This document shows, piece by piece, positions 48,790 to 61,504 of a stretch of DNA of 64,000 nt. Source of the DNA: Podarcis vaucheri (lineage: Eukaryota); NCBI GenBank assembly GCA_965113315.1, contig OZ220368.1. One strand, written 5' to 3'. The number at the start of each line of letters is the position of its first letter. Position 1 is the stretch's first letter. The notes below the pieces were generated by a model. That model saw only the letters and a program-made list of their open reading frames with translations, made no database searches and had not been told where the DNA came from. The position numbers were made by a program, and so were the translations under genes.

Positions 48790-49445
48790 GGTATTTGTTT
48801 ATTTAAAGATTTACATTCCACCTGGCAGGACAATTGTCCTCCCAGTGTGGTGTAGTGGTTAAGAGCGGTAGTCTTGTAATCTGGGGAACCGGGTTCGCGT
48901 CTCCGCTCCTCCACATGCAGCTGCTGGGTGACCTTGGGCCAGTCACACTTCTCTGAAGTCTCTCAGCCCCACTCACCTCACAGAGTGTTTGTTGTGGGGG
49001 AGGAAGGGAAAGGAGAATGTTAGCCGCTTTGAGACTCCTGAAGGGGAGTGATAAAGCGGGATATCAAATCCAAACTCTTCTTCTTCTTCTTCTTCTCCCA
49101 AGGCAGCATATAAAACCAGTAATAGAACATATGCATTCAATCATATAATTAAGTCATTTAAAGTTAGCAGTAAAAAACAACTATTTTTTAAAAAAAGAAT
49201 TTAAAAAGCAAGTAAAAGTCACTTCATGGGCGGGGTGGTGGGGTGGTCATATTCCGTAACTATGGGATCACCACTGAAAAGGCCCTTTTCTTGATACCCA
49301 TTAGCTACTAATCTACAGTTCAGAAAATATAGGGTCCATAACTTATCATAAAGCTCAGGCAGCCTGATGCAGGTACAGGCAGTCCTTCACATAACCTGGA
49401 CTTAGGACTTCAATCACTAAAGCCAGCACTTTAAATTTGGCTCCA
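48790..49445 (-). mobile_element. Old L2-type LINE 3' fragment interrupted by the SINE
   Basis: The minus strand reads KFKVLALV..PGYVKDCL-like residues, then a decayed 3'UTR and a TAAA-rich tail. Confidence 0.55.
48842..49095 (+). mobile_element. tRNA-derived SINE with (CTT)n tail, Squam3-like, inserted in an older L2 tail
   Basis: Same sequence as 289-548 in the opposite orientation. CTCCCA occurs at both ends (48839-48844, 49095-49100). Confidence 0.9.
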
Positions 49446-52400
49446 AATGCAGGGGGTAAGTGGGTGCACACACACTTGCACATTCATATGAAACCTTCAT
49501 TGCCCATTTGGTGCATTTGTGATCAGGAGCTCTAGCTTATGAAATCTCATCTTTCAGTTAATCAAGGGTGACAGCCATTTGTGGCATCACATTGGCACGA
49601 CAAAAACTTCTGCTTACCCTTCCTTTCCTCCTTCCGCAATCTCCCCAAATTCCCTCCAGAGAGCTGGGAGACCCTTTGGAGCAGATGGGGAGGAAATCCT
49701 ATCCACTGGCATGACAGTATTACACAAGCCCCACATTTTTTACAACCAGTCTCCCATAAGTAAAAGATCTGAGAACCACTGCAGTACTGGACATACTGAT
49801 GAAGGGTTAGAAGAATACTTCTGAGTTGTATTGCTTCAGCGCTCAATATCTGTTAGTAAAACAGAGATGACATTCAAATCACACTTTCCGCCCATCTTGC
49901 CATGTGCTCCATGTCCCAAGCTATTATCTCACACATTTGTGTAGTGGAGTCTAGCTCTGCACGCTGTTACTACATGAATGTGTCAGTAAAAGCAACAAGA
50001 ACACTTCATCTTTCTAACCATTGGAAGTCTTTTCCCATCGTGGCAACATACAATTTCCGGCTAATAAGAAGGTGCTGATTACCATCAGCTTATCTCACCA
50101 AAATGCCTTGCAGCACAGTCAATACTAAAGAGATAAATTATTAATTGTTCCAAGTAATTAAATTTATCAAATCCAAATAAATATTACTGGTATTTTATGT
50201 AACTGCTTTCAAGGCTCGGCCTCTGAAGGGACAGTATTGATCAAGCGAAGAAAGACAGATGTTTCCCCCGTTAGCAGCTGATGAGGTCTGGCTCTGCATT
50301 AATGTCAGAGAGAAGGCGCATGGCCAAGGGCCTCTGGTGAAGAGTAAACAGGCAGCGCACACAGCCGCTTCACAGCGAAACAAATCAAATATTGAGAACA
50401 TGCATTTAATATATACACATACCTAAGCCGCCCCCCTCCCTCGTGCCAAGCTTTGACCAAAATACTCGTTTATCTTGAATGCGTAGTACAATCCTAGCCC
50501 CCACCCCAGCCCCATGCTCCGAGAAAGCAAGCACCACAGTAGATTGTACCTCATTAATCAGTGCTAAAAAAGTGCTCAGTTGGCTAGTAAATATTTAAAA
50601 GCCAGTGAGGGTGGATGTGTGAATCAATGGGAATGAAAGCTCCCTCTCCCCCTATTTCTTTTTAATTGGTCTGACCACCAATTTGTCTACAAGATCCTAG
50701 TTAGCAGGTAACAAGTAAAACTGCCGGCTGGAAGCCTTTCTTGGTGGAAGGTGTCCAGCTGTGAACTAAACAATTGCGCCACAGCATCTCCCAGTGCGCT
50801 CCCTGGCTCTGAGGCTGCTAAGAACTTTCTTTTATCCTACTGTTTTTGCCTCATTATCAAAGACTTAGCAGTCTAGAGTCCAGACCTCTTGCCTCATCCC
50901 ATAGACTCAGGGCAAGAGCCCCAAAGCAGAACCCAAACACACACCTATTCTTTGCCAATGTTCTCTTTAGCAAGGGGGATAGGGTAGCAAGAAAACGTAT
51001 CACCAAAATTGCCTGACAAAATGTATATTAACACAGAGGGAATATTAAGGTTAAATATAAAGGAAGTCCACATTCAGAGAGAACGCAAATTTAAAGCCTT
51101 CATTCTATTCCAAGCTGGCAGCATGAAAGTCTACAGGAATAAATTAATTTCTCCAAAAATAATGTGAGGGGAGATATGAAATTTGCGCACACATTTCAAA
51201 TTCACTGGCACACAATATATTTGAATCACACAAAACTGCTTCTTTTTCAAAGTGACTACTACACTCCACTCTTCCCAAGAGGTCTAGATTGAGGAAGGGA
51301 AGATTGCTTTTGTTCAATTCTTTAAGGACTACAATGATCAGGTTTGGTCTTTTGAAAACCAAATTCAGCTGTTAATTTCTGATAATTAATTGTAGAAGCA
51401 AAAGATCTGTATAGAACTTGTAGTGATAACTGCTTTCCCCCCCTTCAAATTTCTCTTAACTCCTGATTGCCAGCACTTGGTTACTCTGCAAGGTTTAAAT
51501 GACTATTATCATATTAAGGAAGTTATCAGGAGTAGGAAAGAATACAGGACATTATCAGGGCACTTCCAAACAAATCTGTTAATTTGTAAGATCTTCATTA
51601 AGCCAGAACTGGGGAAGCACTGGTTTTTTAACGATATTCAAGCAAACTGTTTTCCTCACTATTATGCAGAAAACATCACGTTGATCTTAGACACAAAGCT
51701 GCCCCTTGCTTCTCCATTGCAAGAAACTGCAGAAGAAAATCTGAACAAGCTGTTTAGAAAGAGGACTTAATCCAGGCAGTTAACAAATCCTCTCCCGATT
51801 GCTCCCCAGGGCTTCCATGTCTGCTCACCTTTGCGTATGTCACACTGCACACCATCTCCAAACCTTGTCAATCAAAAACAGAGGTGGGAGTGCTGGCATC
51901 AAAGCACATACTGGCAGAAATAACAGCCCAATAAAGCCAGCTTTTCCCAATCCAGGCCAACACTTAGAATCACAATCACTTGCAGAAGCTTTGGAAATGC
52001 CACACAAATATTGGTAAAGCCTCCAGACTCCATGAGTGCCAGCAGCATAGAGAAAACTATTAACCCTTGAAGACAGAGGCCCAATTAAGAGATTATGGAT
52101 ATAGCATGGCTGCAGGAACGGCTGGGCACTAGTGCACTGATGTTAACTTAGCATTTTATCCCCCCATTCTATGCAATTCTGCCCTGTTAATCTTGCCAGC
52201 GAAGCAAAGGATCCAATTACAAAGCAATGGCAGCCGGGCTACACTCCTAATGCATGAACTGGGACCTCAGACAAGGTTAAATGAGTGGTCAAAGGTCAAT
52301 TCTCATCACCCAATATCTTTTCACCCAGTGATTCCCTAGCCAAAACAATGTTGATATTTAATGCCAACATAGCCCAGTAATGGAGGTAGATTTACCAATG

Positions 52401-53239
52401 ACCAGTCTTGGCATATGACTATGGTCTTAAATTTTAGGCAACTCAAGATCTTTGAAGGGGGGGGGGGAATGGTCCTGGGCAAAAGACAAACTCTGTTAAT
52501 GAAGTACTTCTAGTAATATAGAACATGAGAAACCCTTGCTGATGGATGGGTTTTTTAATCTTTAGTTTTATAGTTGCATGAAAATAACCAAAAATATAAA
52601 ATCTTGCTTACTATGTTGACCATAAAATGAAGCTGATAAAGATGGTACAGGTTTGAGTTCAGAAGAAGGGACTCAAATAATTAATAGTCTAGGATCTCTG
52701 CAGAACTAAACCCAGGCCTGCGTAATAAGCCAAAGTCCCCGTCCATGCTGGAGTATGATGAAGACTGTGGAAAACCTGGTGACCTTGCCAGAACATTTCA
52801 CTTCAATGCTTTGGCCTGATTCAGACAGTTGTTTCAAATGAAAGTCTCATGCACTCTCCCATCTTTCCTTTTTTTTCTTTTTGAAAGGGGAGAAACTACA
52901 GTTTCCTCAGGTTTGGACAAAACAAGAAATTGCTTTCAATCTCCTCTCCTCACTTGCAAAGAGGTGGGAAGACCATGTAAACCCAAGGCTCATGCTCAAA
53001 GCAAACAAACCATGGTTTGTTATTAAGGCTGAACCAAGCCATAGCCACTCACCTCCCTGCTGCTGCTCCAAGTAGCATTCCAAGGCATATCCCAAAGTTA
53101 CACCAATTAACCTACCGTCAGCAACAGATTTCTCATATATGCACTGTAGCCAATTCGCTCTTCCTACTCTATTAGGAGTTCTGAGACATGTCATACAGCA
53201 AAGCCACAACCCTGACAACGCCATCAGTGATTAGCTTGC

Positions 53240-54070
53240 TCAGTAACAAGGAAGGGATCTGATCTGCAACCACTTGTCCAAGGAGGGGAGCTTGACAACT
53301 GGCTGGTAGTTACTTAGATTTTCCGAATCCAGGGAGGGTTTCTTGAGGAATGATTTCACCATTGCCTCCTTCAAGCAGGCAGGGACCACCTCATCTCGCA
53401 AGGAGGCAGTAATCACCTGCCTGGCCCAGCCAACTGTCCCCTCCCTGTTAGTTTTTATCAGCCAAGGGGAGCAAGAGTCCAGAGTGCAAATGGTCACCCT
53501 GATCAATCCAAGCACCTTGTCCTTCCAAACTAAAACTCATCCAACACAACAAGTCTAGACAGTGCTCAGGATACTCTTTGAAATTCATATGCTGTACTCA
53601 TGAACTCAAGATCCCACCAGCGGATGAAGGTGATTTTGCCATTCAGATGTTCCAGAGGTCAGCCAAGGCTTGACAAGAGCACCAGTCATATCAGCTGGAA
53701 AATACCCCAGTGCTGACTGGAAACCCATTGGATCCATCAGCCTCTGCGGGTGGACCATCCTAATAGATCCCTGCCTCTGCAGAGGGGAAAAGGTGCTGAA
53801 AGTCTAAATCTTAACAGGGATCTGACCACGACAAGGGACTTGTGTCAATATCCCCCACTTTCATGCATTGGGCCAATGACATGTTGGGACAGCCCCAGGG
53901 CTGTCATGGTGGCCATGAAGCCCTGAGCCACCCTAGAGCCAGTTACTTCTGCATGGATGTTGAAGTCCCCCAGAACCAGCAGTCTGGGAGTCCTCAACAC
54001 AGGCTCTGAGACCAGCTCTGTCAGCTCAGGCAGGAAGACTGCTGGGCAGTGAGTAGCCCTAAGCTGCACC
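53240..54070 (-). mobile_element. L2 LINE ORF2 fossil (APE endonuclease and pre-RT segments)
   Basis: PRLLVLGDFNIH (APE motif), RMVHPQRLMDP, LDSCSPWLIK, VPACLKEAMVKSFLKKPSLD..NYQPV..LPSL.K. Confidence 0.85.
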
Positions 54071-54703
54071 TAACACCTTTGCCTCGTTTATCATTTATGA
54101 AAAAGAACCATTATGTAAATGGGGGGGGGGAGAGAATGAAGCAACAGAATGAGGAAACAGAAAGTTATTTGACGAGTTAACATTGTAATATTAAAAATGC
54201 CCTCTGATTAACTTCAAAAGAGGAAGAAAGTTAGTTCCATGTCCCAACTGCTTATTCTCATGAAGAATGCTGCAAAATCCATATGTCTAATTTTTATTTT
54301 AAAACTACTTGTGGGAACAGTGCAGTTTGCAGAAGACAGAGCTAGTTTGTGATCCATTTCCCAATGATTTTCCCAGGACTCTTCTCCTGGCTACATATTC
54401 TGCTGGGGTCCCATTATCAGGCATGATAACCTGACCTCAGATGGAAGCATAAGAGCGCAGAGACATAGTCAGAACAGTTGAGGCTTAAGGAGCAAAGAAG
54501 CAAGTTCAGCCATGCACAACTGGCACCTCTAGTGGGCCTCTAGTGCAAACACACAGCTATTATTTCTGAGACCAGCCAGAACCCACATTGATATTACAGC
54601 CCAGGCTCCAATGGACCTTTAACAGCTTTAAAAGGAGAATAAATAGGAAATGAAAGCAATCAAGCATCCACACAGGGCTCCAACGACCAACATGGTAGCC
54701 TAC

Positions 54704-54775
54704 CCTCTGACTCCGCAGTGTGACACCTGCAGACTTGAAGTCCGGAAACTTGATGCCAGCAGTCTCTGGGACAGC
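54704..54775 (-). CDS. DMAP1: DMAP1 coding exon (72 nt): AVPETAGIKFPDFKSAGVTLRSQR
   Basis: ctcttttag|GCT acceptor, AGG|gtaggc donor; identical to the recalled human peptide. Confidence 0.96.
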
Positions 54776-55556
54776 CTAAAAGAGAAAGAGACAGCATATG
54801 TTGAGAAAAGGAAATGCAAAAGGATGTACAAAGACCACTCTCTGACAGAGAGCCAGCTGTCAATGTCTAAGAAGGCCCTGCTAAGAACTGCACCCATTAA
54901 TTTTAATGCCTTTTAAATTGCCAAAGTGGCTTTGATATGTTAAGATATCAACAATTTCTGCTGGTACAAATCTAGCCGTACTAGGAATGTACTAAAAATT
55001 ATGGAGGGAAATTGCATCTAAAACAACCAGTGGGACATGGAAAGGGTTTCATAGCACTAGGCGAAACAAAATAGCCCAAACTATACTGACATAACATGTG
55101 ACACTGTCCTTAAAAGAAGCTCTACCCTAACAGCAGTCTCTTCTGGACGAACCACAAAGATTCTACTAGGCTAAAATCTACAGGGCCCCACACTAGCTAG
55201 GACTGTAAGAATGCTATTCAGGTCTCCCAGGTCTCCAAAACCTCACTTAACTTCTACATCTTTGTTTTGCCCAATTCCTGAAAACAGACTCCAATAGATA
55301 AAATTACTTTTATGAATCATTTTACACAAAGTTGGTCAACCACCACGCTGATTTGCTCACTGGTTTAAAATCTGTTTGCTTTGATCCATTCTGAATTATT
55401 TTAGCCTCAATCTTTTTACTATGCTGCATACAGTAGAATGCCCATTGCTACCTGAACAGTCTGAAGATAGGGACATTTCTAAAGCATAGAATGTCCCTAT
55501 TTTCATGCAAAATATTGGAGGGTATGCCTTTTGGCTCCCAGCCCTAAAGCATTATA

Positions 55557-55915
55557 AAAGGTAAAGGTACCCCTGCCCGAGCGGGCCAGTCTTGACAGAC
55601 TCTGGGGTTTGTGCGCCCATCTCACTCAAGAGGCCGGGGGCCAGCGCTGTCCGGAGACACTTCCGGGTCACGTGGCCAGCGTGACAAAGCTGCATCTGGC
55701 GAGCCAGCACAGCACACGGAACGCCGTTTACCTTCCCGCTGGTAAGCGGTACCTATTTATCTACTTGCACCCGGGGGTGCTTTCGAACTGCTAGGTTGGC
55801 AGGCGCTGGGACCGAGCAGCGGGAGCGCACCCCGCCGCGGGGATTCGAACCGCCGACCTTTCGATCGGCAAGCCCTAGGCGCTGAGGCTTTTACCCACAG
55901 CGCCACCCGCGTCCC
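55557..55915 (-). mobile_element. Sauria SINE (Squam1), full length, young, with 11-bp TSD
   Basis: The minus strand begins GGGACGCGGGTGGCGCTGTGGG and ends TACCTTTACCTTT. TSD AAAGCATTATA at 55546-55556 and 55918-55928. CpGs are intact. Confidence 0.93.
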
Positions 55916-56846
55916 AAAAAGCATTATAGCAATAGTCAATTAAATTCTTGCACAAGCACAAGGATTAGCTCTAGTACAATGGGATTTCTCCCTTCCTCCT
56001 CCCTGTGATCCAAATCTGAACCAGAGGGTTGGGGGAACCCCCCCAGAACAGATTTGGAGATGCATGAGGAGAGAAAAGAATGTTCAGCAGAGCAAAGGAA
56101 ACCCTTGCACTGACAGAACATTCACCTTAACACTACACTGAATGCAACCTTATAGTCTTGACCTGTAGAACTCACAACACGCTAGTATAACTACAAACCT
56201 GGATACAAAGCAGGTTTTAAAACCCTGCATGGTCCCAAGCGTGGATATATTTTGGAGTGCAACTCTGAAATGCAAAATTATGACTTCTCAAAATCCTGAG
56301 AATCTAAGATTTGTTTAAGAATATCTTTAAACTTTCCCCACCTGATCATTGCATGTTTTCTGTTCCATGTTTACGGCCAATAAACCAGGATTAGTATCAC
56401 TTTCCATTAACTATTTAACTTCTGTACCATTTGTACTAAACAACTTTACTATTCTTGTTCTAGCCATTTGTTCCCTGCATGAACTTCATGCTGTGGGGAA
56501 ATATACCCATCTCATAGTGCCTTGCATTTTTCACCAGGAATAATGTCTTTCTCTTCTAGCCAAATATTTTCCCATTACAAGCTAAGCATGTAATTTATCC
56601 GCTGTTTAAACACTGCAGATTCACAAATGCTTCAATACAATAAATTCTTGGACAATTAAGCTATAATTTTAAAAGCGTGTGTGCATATCCTCAGCAGAGG
56701 AAGAAAGAAACCCAACATAATAAGCTCTATTGCAGATCCCTCTATCTTTCCCTACAAATAACGTGGGTCTTGCTTAATTAAAAGCGAGCTATAGTAATCC
56801 TAGGAAGCTGTTAAAGCTGACTGGAAGTCAGAAGACAGAGGCTGAG

Positions 56847-56877
56847 TTGGATACATATATGTTTGGATACATATATG
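56847..56877. repeat. Tandem duplication, 15-bp unit
   Basis: TTGGATACATATATG twice. Confidence 0.85.
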
Positions 56878-59248
56878 CTTCTCAAAAGAAAAATTGTTAC
56901 CAGTCAAACACATCATTCTATTGAACATCTTCTATTAATAATAATTAAAAAAGCCTTTCCACCCAGAAATTTCAATATTGTAAAGAGATATACCATGGAT
57001 CATCCATGAGACAACTGATATAGTCTGTGAACCCAAGGAAATACTGATGACTAGTACAATAATCACTCAGATAATTCGCTGAGCAGGGAATTATCTCCCG
57101 TCATTTAGCAGCAAACTTTCTTACTTGTGTTTGACCAAGACCTAACCTGTTGAAGCTACGCCATTTGATTTCCCACGTTGCAAACAAAGGAAAGCCCCCA
57201 TTCACAGCCCAGGAAACTGTGTTGATTACAACAAATTAGTTATTCTATCCCTTCGGAACACCGGAGGGAAGATAATATGACAAATTCCCTTTATCATTTC
57301 GCCCTTCACCAAAGAGTCAAAATCTTCTTGTGGGGGCTCTTTAGCCTGACACACACAGTATTAAAGAACACTTTATTGCAGTCCCTAGTTAATAAATTGA
57401 ACCTAGTGCCTAGGGTGACCTGAAGCCAAAGCAAGAAAGATGGACTACCGTGATGGCAGCAGGAGGGGGTACAGATAAACTCTACACTGACCGGATCAGC
57501 AGCAATGCATGCTGGGATTTGCAGACTCCGCTCCATACTAAAGGCACTGATGCAACCAAATTTCTCCATGTTATTCTGTTCAAGAGAATCCTGGAGCAGT
57601 TTTGGGCATGTCCCTGCCATCTCCCCTTGACAATTATCCGCCTAATCCCTAATGAAAATGAGGGACACACTAACTCCCTCCCACACTGCACAGTCTGTCT
57701 TCACCTCACATCAGAGCAATTAAACAGGTTGCTATCCCTCACACGCCAGCATGAGCTGTAAATGCTTCAACCTCAATTGACTCTTTGGTAAATGACTTCC
57801 CTTTGTTGAGATGATGCTGATACAGCCCTCAATTCAAATTCTTAGTTAAAATGCGTTTTTTTTCTTCAAAAAAACACACACACGTTTCCCTGCTACAGTT
57901 GGTAATTGACTCCTAATGGACTCTGTCATGGTTGAAACAGCACTAGTGCAACAACAGAAGCTGCCTTCAGGAGCCCTGAGGTGCTTACCTATAGGCAGGC
58001 ACAAGGGCCCCAGGCAATACTGGGGTAGACAGCCAAACACGCCTCAAGCATTTTGAGTGGCTATTTGATTCCACATGCTGCATGGCATGGAACAATCTGG
58101 CTGACTAAGAGGCAAAGGGAAACTGAAACCACAAACCTTCAGGGCAGCCCAACCCAAGACAGCAGAGCAGTCCTAACAAGCAGTAAGCCTGTAGTGACAC
58201 AAAGTGGTGCACACTTTTTTTTCTTTTCTTTTTTAAGTATGTAGTGGCTTCTTCCTACTCATCTCCCTCCTTAGAGCCATCTGAAAGGCAGAGTCCTTTC
58301 CCCAGAAACTGCATGGCGTCAATGCGGTAATTCCACAGTGTATTCTAAATAAAACACAGTGCTAGACATTATTATTAAGACATTCCGTTGTTCCACCACT
58401 CACAACATGTAAATCATATTGTGGTCTAATATTTCATAGAATGAGTGAGAAGTTCACAACTGAACACAGCAAAGGTAGAGGCAAAGAGGCATTGAATTTA
58501 CATTGGTATTTTTTGTACACCACCTTGGTGTTCTGTGTGTGGGTGGTATATCATTTTTTCTTTATAAATAAATGAATGTCAATGCTGCTCCTTATGTTAT
58601 CCATTTACACCTACCATCTTGAGGTTTTAGGAAGGCATAAAAACACTTGTTGTAGGTGAGGGCAGGAACATCAACTAAAGATCATTCTCTTTTAACATTT
58701 CAAAAATATTGGCTTAACCCTAGATTGGAAGAGCTTCAATTCATCTTCAAGCCTGGCAATTATGCCAGACCCAGAAGCTCTGAGAAACCTGAGAAGGGAG
58801 TCTGACCACTACCTCATCCTGTAATTGTAATTTTTTTAGAAGAAACCAGCTGAAAAATGTGCTTCTTTCAAATTTCCCTAATCTCCCCTCGTGTTGCTAT
58901 GCTGTATGGCACAAAGAAGAGCAAGTTCCTTGCTGTGTATTCACTAACCACTGAACTGCTTGCTCTCTGAGAGGGCTTTGCATGAGTCCAGTTTCTCTCC
59001 TTCCTAGTGCAGCACTTTCAAGCCCTTCCAGCTTAACCGAAATCCCTCTGCAGCTTGCAATATGATTGAAACCCAACTTTTCTCCACACCCCAAGAGATA
59101 TGAGGGTCTAAAAAGAAACAAACAAAAACACAGAAACAATGCTTATATGGCGAGGACCGGCAAACCACCCCTCACTCCCTGCCCCAGGCCGTGGCAGACA
59201 AATGGCAAGGTAGAGCCCTAACAAAGAGGGCAGGCACAAAATATTTAC

Positions 59249-59434
59249 AGGCTTCTCCGTCTCTTTCTTCTGTGGCAGCTTCTTCTTGGGTGCCTTGCGC
59301 TCTGCACGTCTTTGTTCAGTGGTGGTGTCAGCGGCGGTGATGAGTTTCTGCAAGTCTTGTGTTCGCTTCTCCCTCTCTTTCTTCCTGGCTTCGATTTTCC
59401 GCAACTCCTGGATTAGATATTCCTCCTCTGCCAC
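59249..59434 (-). CDS. DMAP1: DMAP1 coding exon (186 nt), coiled coil: VAEEEYLIQELRKIEARKKEREKRTQDLQKLITAADTTTEQRRAERKAPKKKLPQKKETEKP
   Basis: cctgtag|GTG acceptor, CCT|gtaaat donor; matches DMAP1. Confidence 0.97.
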
Positions 59435-60634
59435 CTACAGGTGAAACGGAAACATGACTGGAAAAGCAATCCAAAGGGGCCACTTAATGGCAACAGATGT
59501 GCTTCTGGCCTGGGTTTCACCTGCCCTGTGGTTTTCTGGGAGCCAAGTTATATACTACTAGAGAGACAAAAGCAGCAACAAATAGTACAATGTTCTTACC
59601 CAAGCAATTTTTAAAGGCTCATGAAGCCTTGAAACACTAGATACCGCAGCCAATCAGATTCCAAAGCTCTCACTATGTATATAGCAGGCTATAGTATATA
59701 GATTCTACGTTGTTAATGTCACTATCTCATTGTCTCTCTTTTCGTATCTCCTGCCTATATAAGGGCTCTTCACAGTCTCACTTTCTTCCACCACACATAA
59801 TTTACAAGTCCCTTCCTTTCCTTTCTTGACCCCTTCCCCCATTTTCAGCACACAGGCTGCCCTTGCTATATACCCTCACAGATACTCCTGCTCACAGAGC
59901 TTTCTGGGTGTGTTTAACACAGTCAAACCTACCTTTCACTTTGTTTCATTTCCTTAGAAATATGAATGTTTATTAACATTCTCAGCCAATACCAGATCAG
60001 GCAGTTGCTGCCAGCACCTTCACCACCAAACTACAAGCTACAAAATACGAACTACAAAATGATGGCGTGTCCAGGATGTTTCATGAAAGCAACTGTTTTT
60101 ATCCAGGTAATGCAAGTACCCATACAGTAGTGCAGACATGTCCAAAATCCGTTTCGGGGACCTAATCTGGCCTGCCTAAAAAAGCTCAACAACTTTGGTT
60201 GGCCCTTTGGTCGGCCCTCACAGCCCTTCACTTCATCAAATCTGGCCCTCTTTGAAAAAAGTGTGGACACCACTGCATTACTGAAAAGAAAAATATGCTA
60301 AATGCATTGTCTGAAATCCAGATAGAACTTGACAAGCGTAATCAGCACTACGCTTCTATCCTTCTCAGACAAAACTCAAATAAAACGTATTTTAACACAC
60401 TTTGTTTTCTAGTAGTTATTCCTTTATTCACATTGATCACCTAATATGTGTATGCCCATTACTTGATAAATCACGCTTAAAGGATGGGAGGTGCACCTAC
60501 TGCTACCTCCGACAGGAGTCATATTAGCAGCCCTGAAGGGCACTGGGGAGTACCCAGAAATGATGAGCTATTGCTACAGATCCAGTGTAAGATAATGTGA
60601 GGCCAGGCTGCCTTGCAACATTTCCTGACATTAC

Positions 60635-60802
60635 CTGCTCTGGTGTCCGATTATATAGCCTCTCTAGCTGTTCTTTCCGGCGCCTTTCATGGCCAGCATC
60701 AAAAACAGGCATTTTCAAGTCAGTGCCTGGGGTAGCACGGATGTTGGCCAGCTTGGCACAGATGTGATAGTAGCGCTCCTTTAAATCTTCCACTGACCGC
60801 TT
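60635..60802 (-). CDS. DMAP1: DMAP1 coding exon (168 nt): KRSVEDLKERYYHICAKLANIRATPGTDLKMPVFDAGHERRRKEQLERLYNRTPEQ
   Basis: ctccttag|AAG acceptor, CAG|gtaatg donor; matches DMAP1. Confidence 0.97.
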
Positions 60803-61504
60803 CTAAGGAGAGAACAAGGATACAACTGAGCTTAAAGAAATCCAACACCATGAAAAAATAGCTTAAAGTTATGCAACGTGAACAAAGCATCAGAGATATG
60901 TTAGGAAAATGATTGCAATTAGCGCCAATTAGTGAACTCTATCACAGGAAATAGTTTTATTTCTTTCCAGTATCTGCAAAGCATCTAATAACTTATCGCT
61001 CTCTGGGCAGTAGTATCCAGGCCTAGGTATCACAAGACGGTGGTCCTATGCTACATACAAGGCTTTGTTGTTCTTCATTCAATAATCACAAATCAAAACA
61101 GGACTGCATATTCTGGGATCTTCCCTCACCAATACAATTTTATTTAAAATATAGCCATTCTCCAAAATCCTCTGTTCCATGTCCCCTGATTCCATGGCAA
61201 CATCTTCACTAACACTCTCCATCTCACCTCACTTAATCAGTTACCCAGCAGTAGAAACCCTAAAATTATTTTTCTAGCTTAATCAACTTAGTTCTTCTCC
61301 TTGCACATAACGTCAGGTATAGGGAAAATAAGGGTGGGGATTCAAAGGAGCTACTGGGAGCTTAAAGTGGGTTGCTGATTGTTCCTTTGCTGGAGTAAGG
61401 GAGGCTCCCAACGAGAGGGCCCAGGGCTGAATAAAGGAGCACACCCACACGCAAACTGCAAACATATGTCTACAGGGAGAGTACAACTCCATCCAGCACA
61501 GCCT

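Noticed and set aside
53240-54070. Possible active LINE
   Set aside because: Multiple stops, frameshifts and internal deletions; a fossil only.
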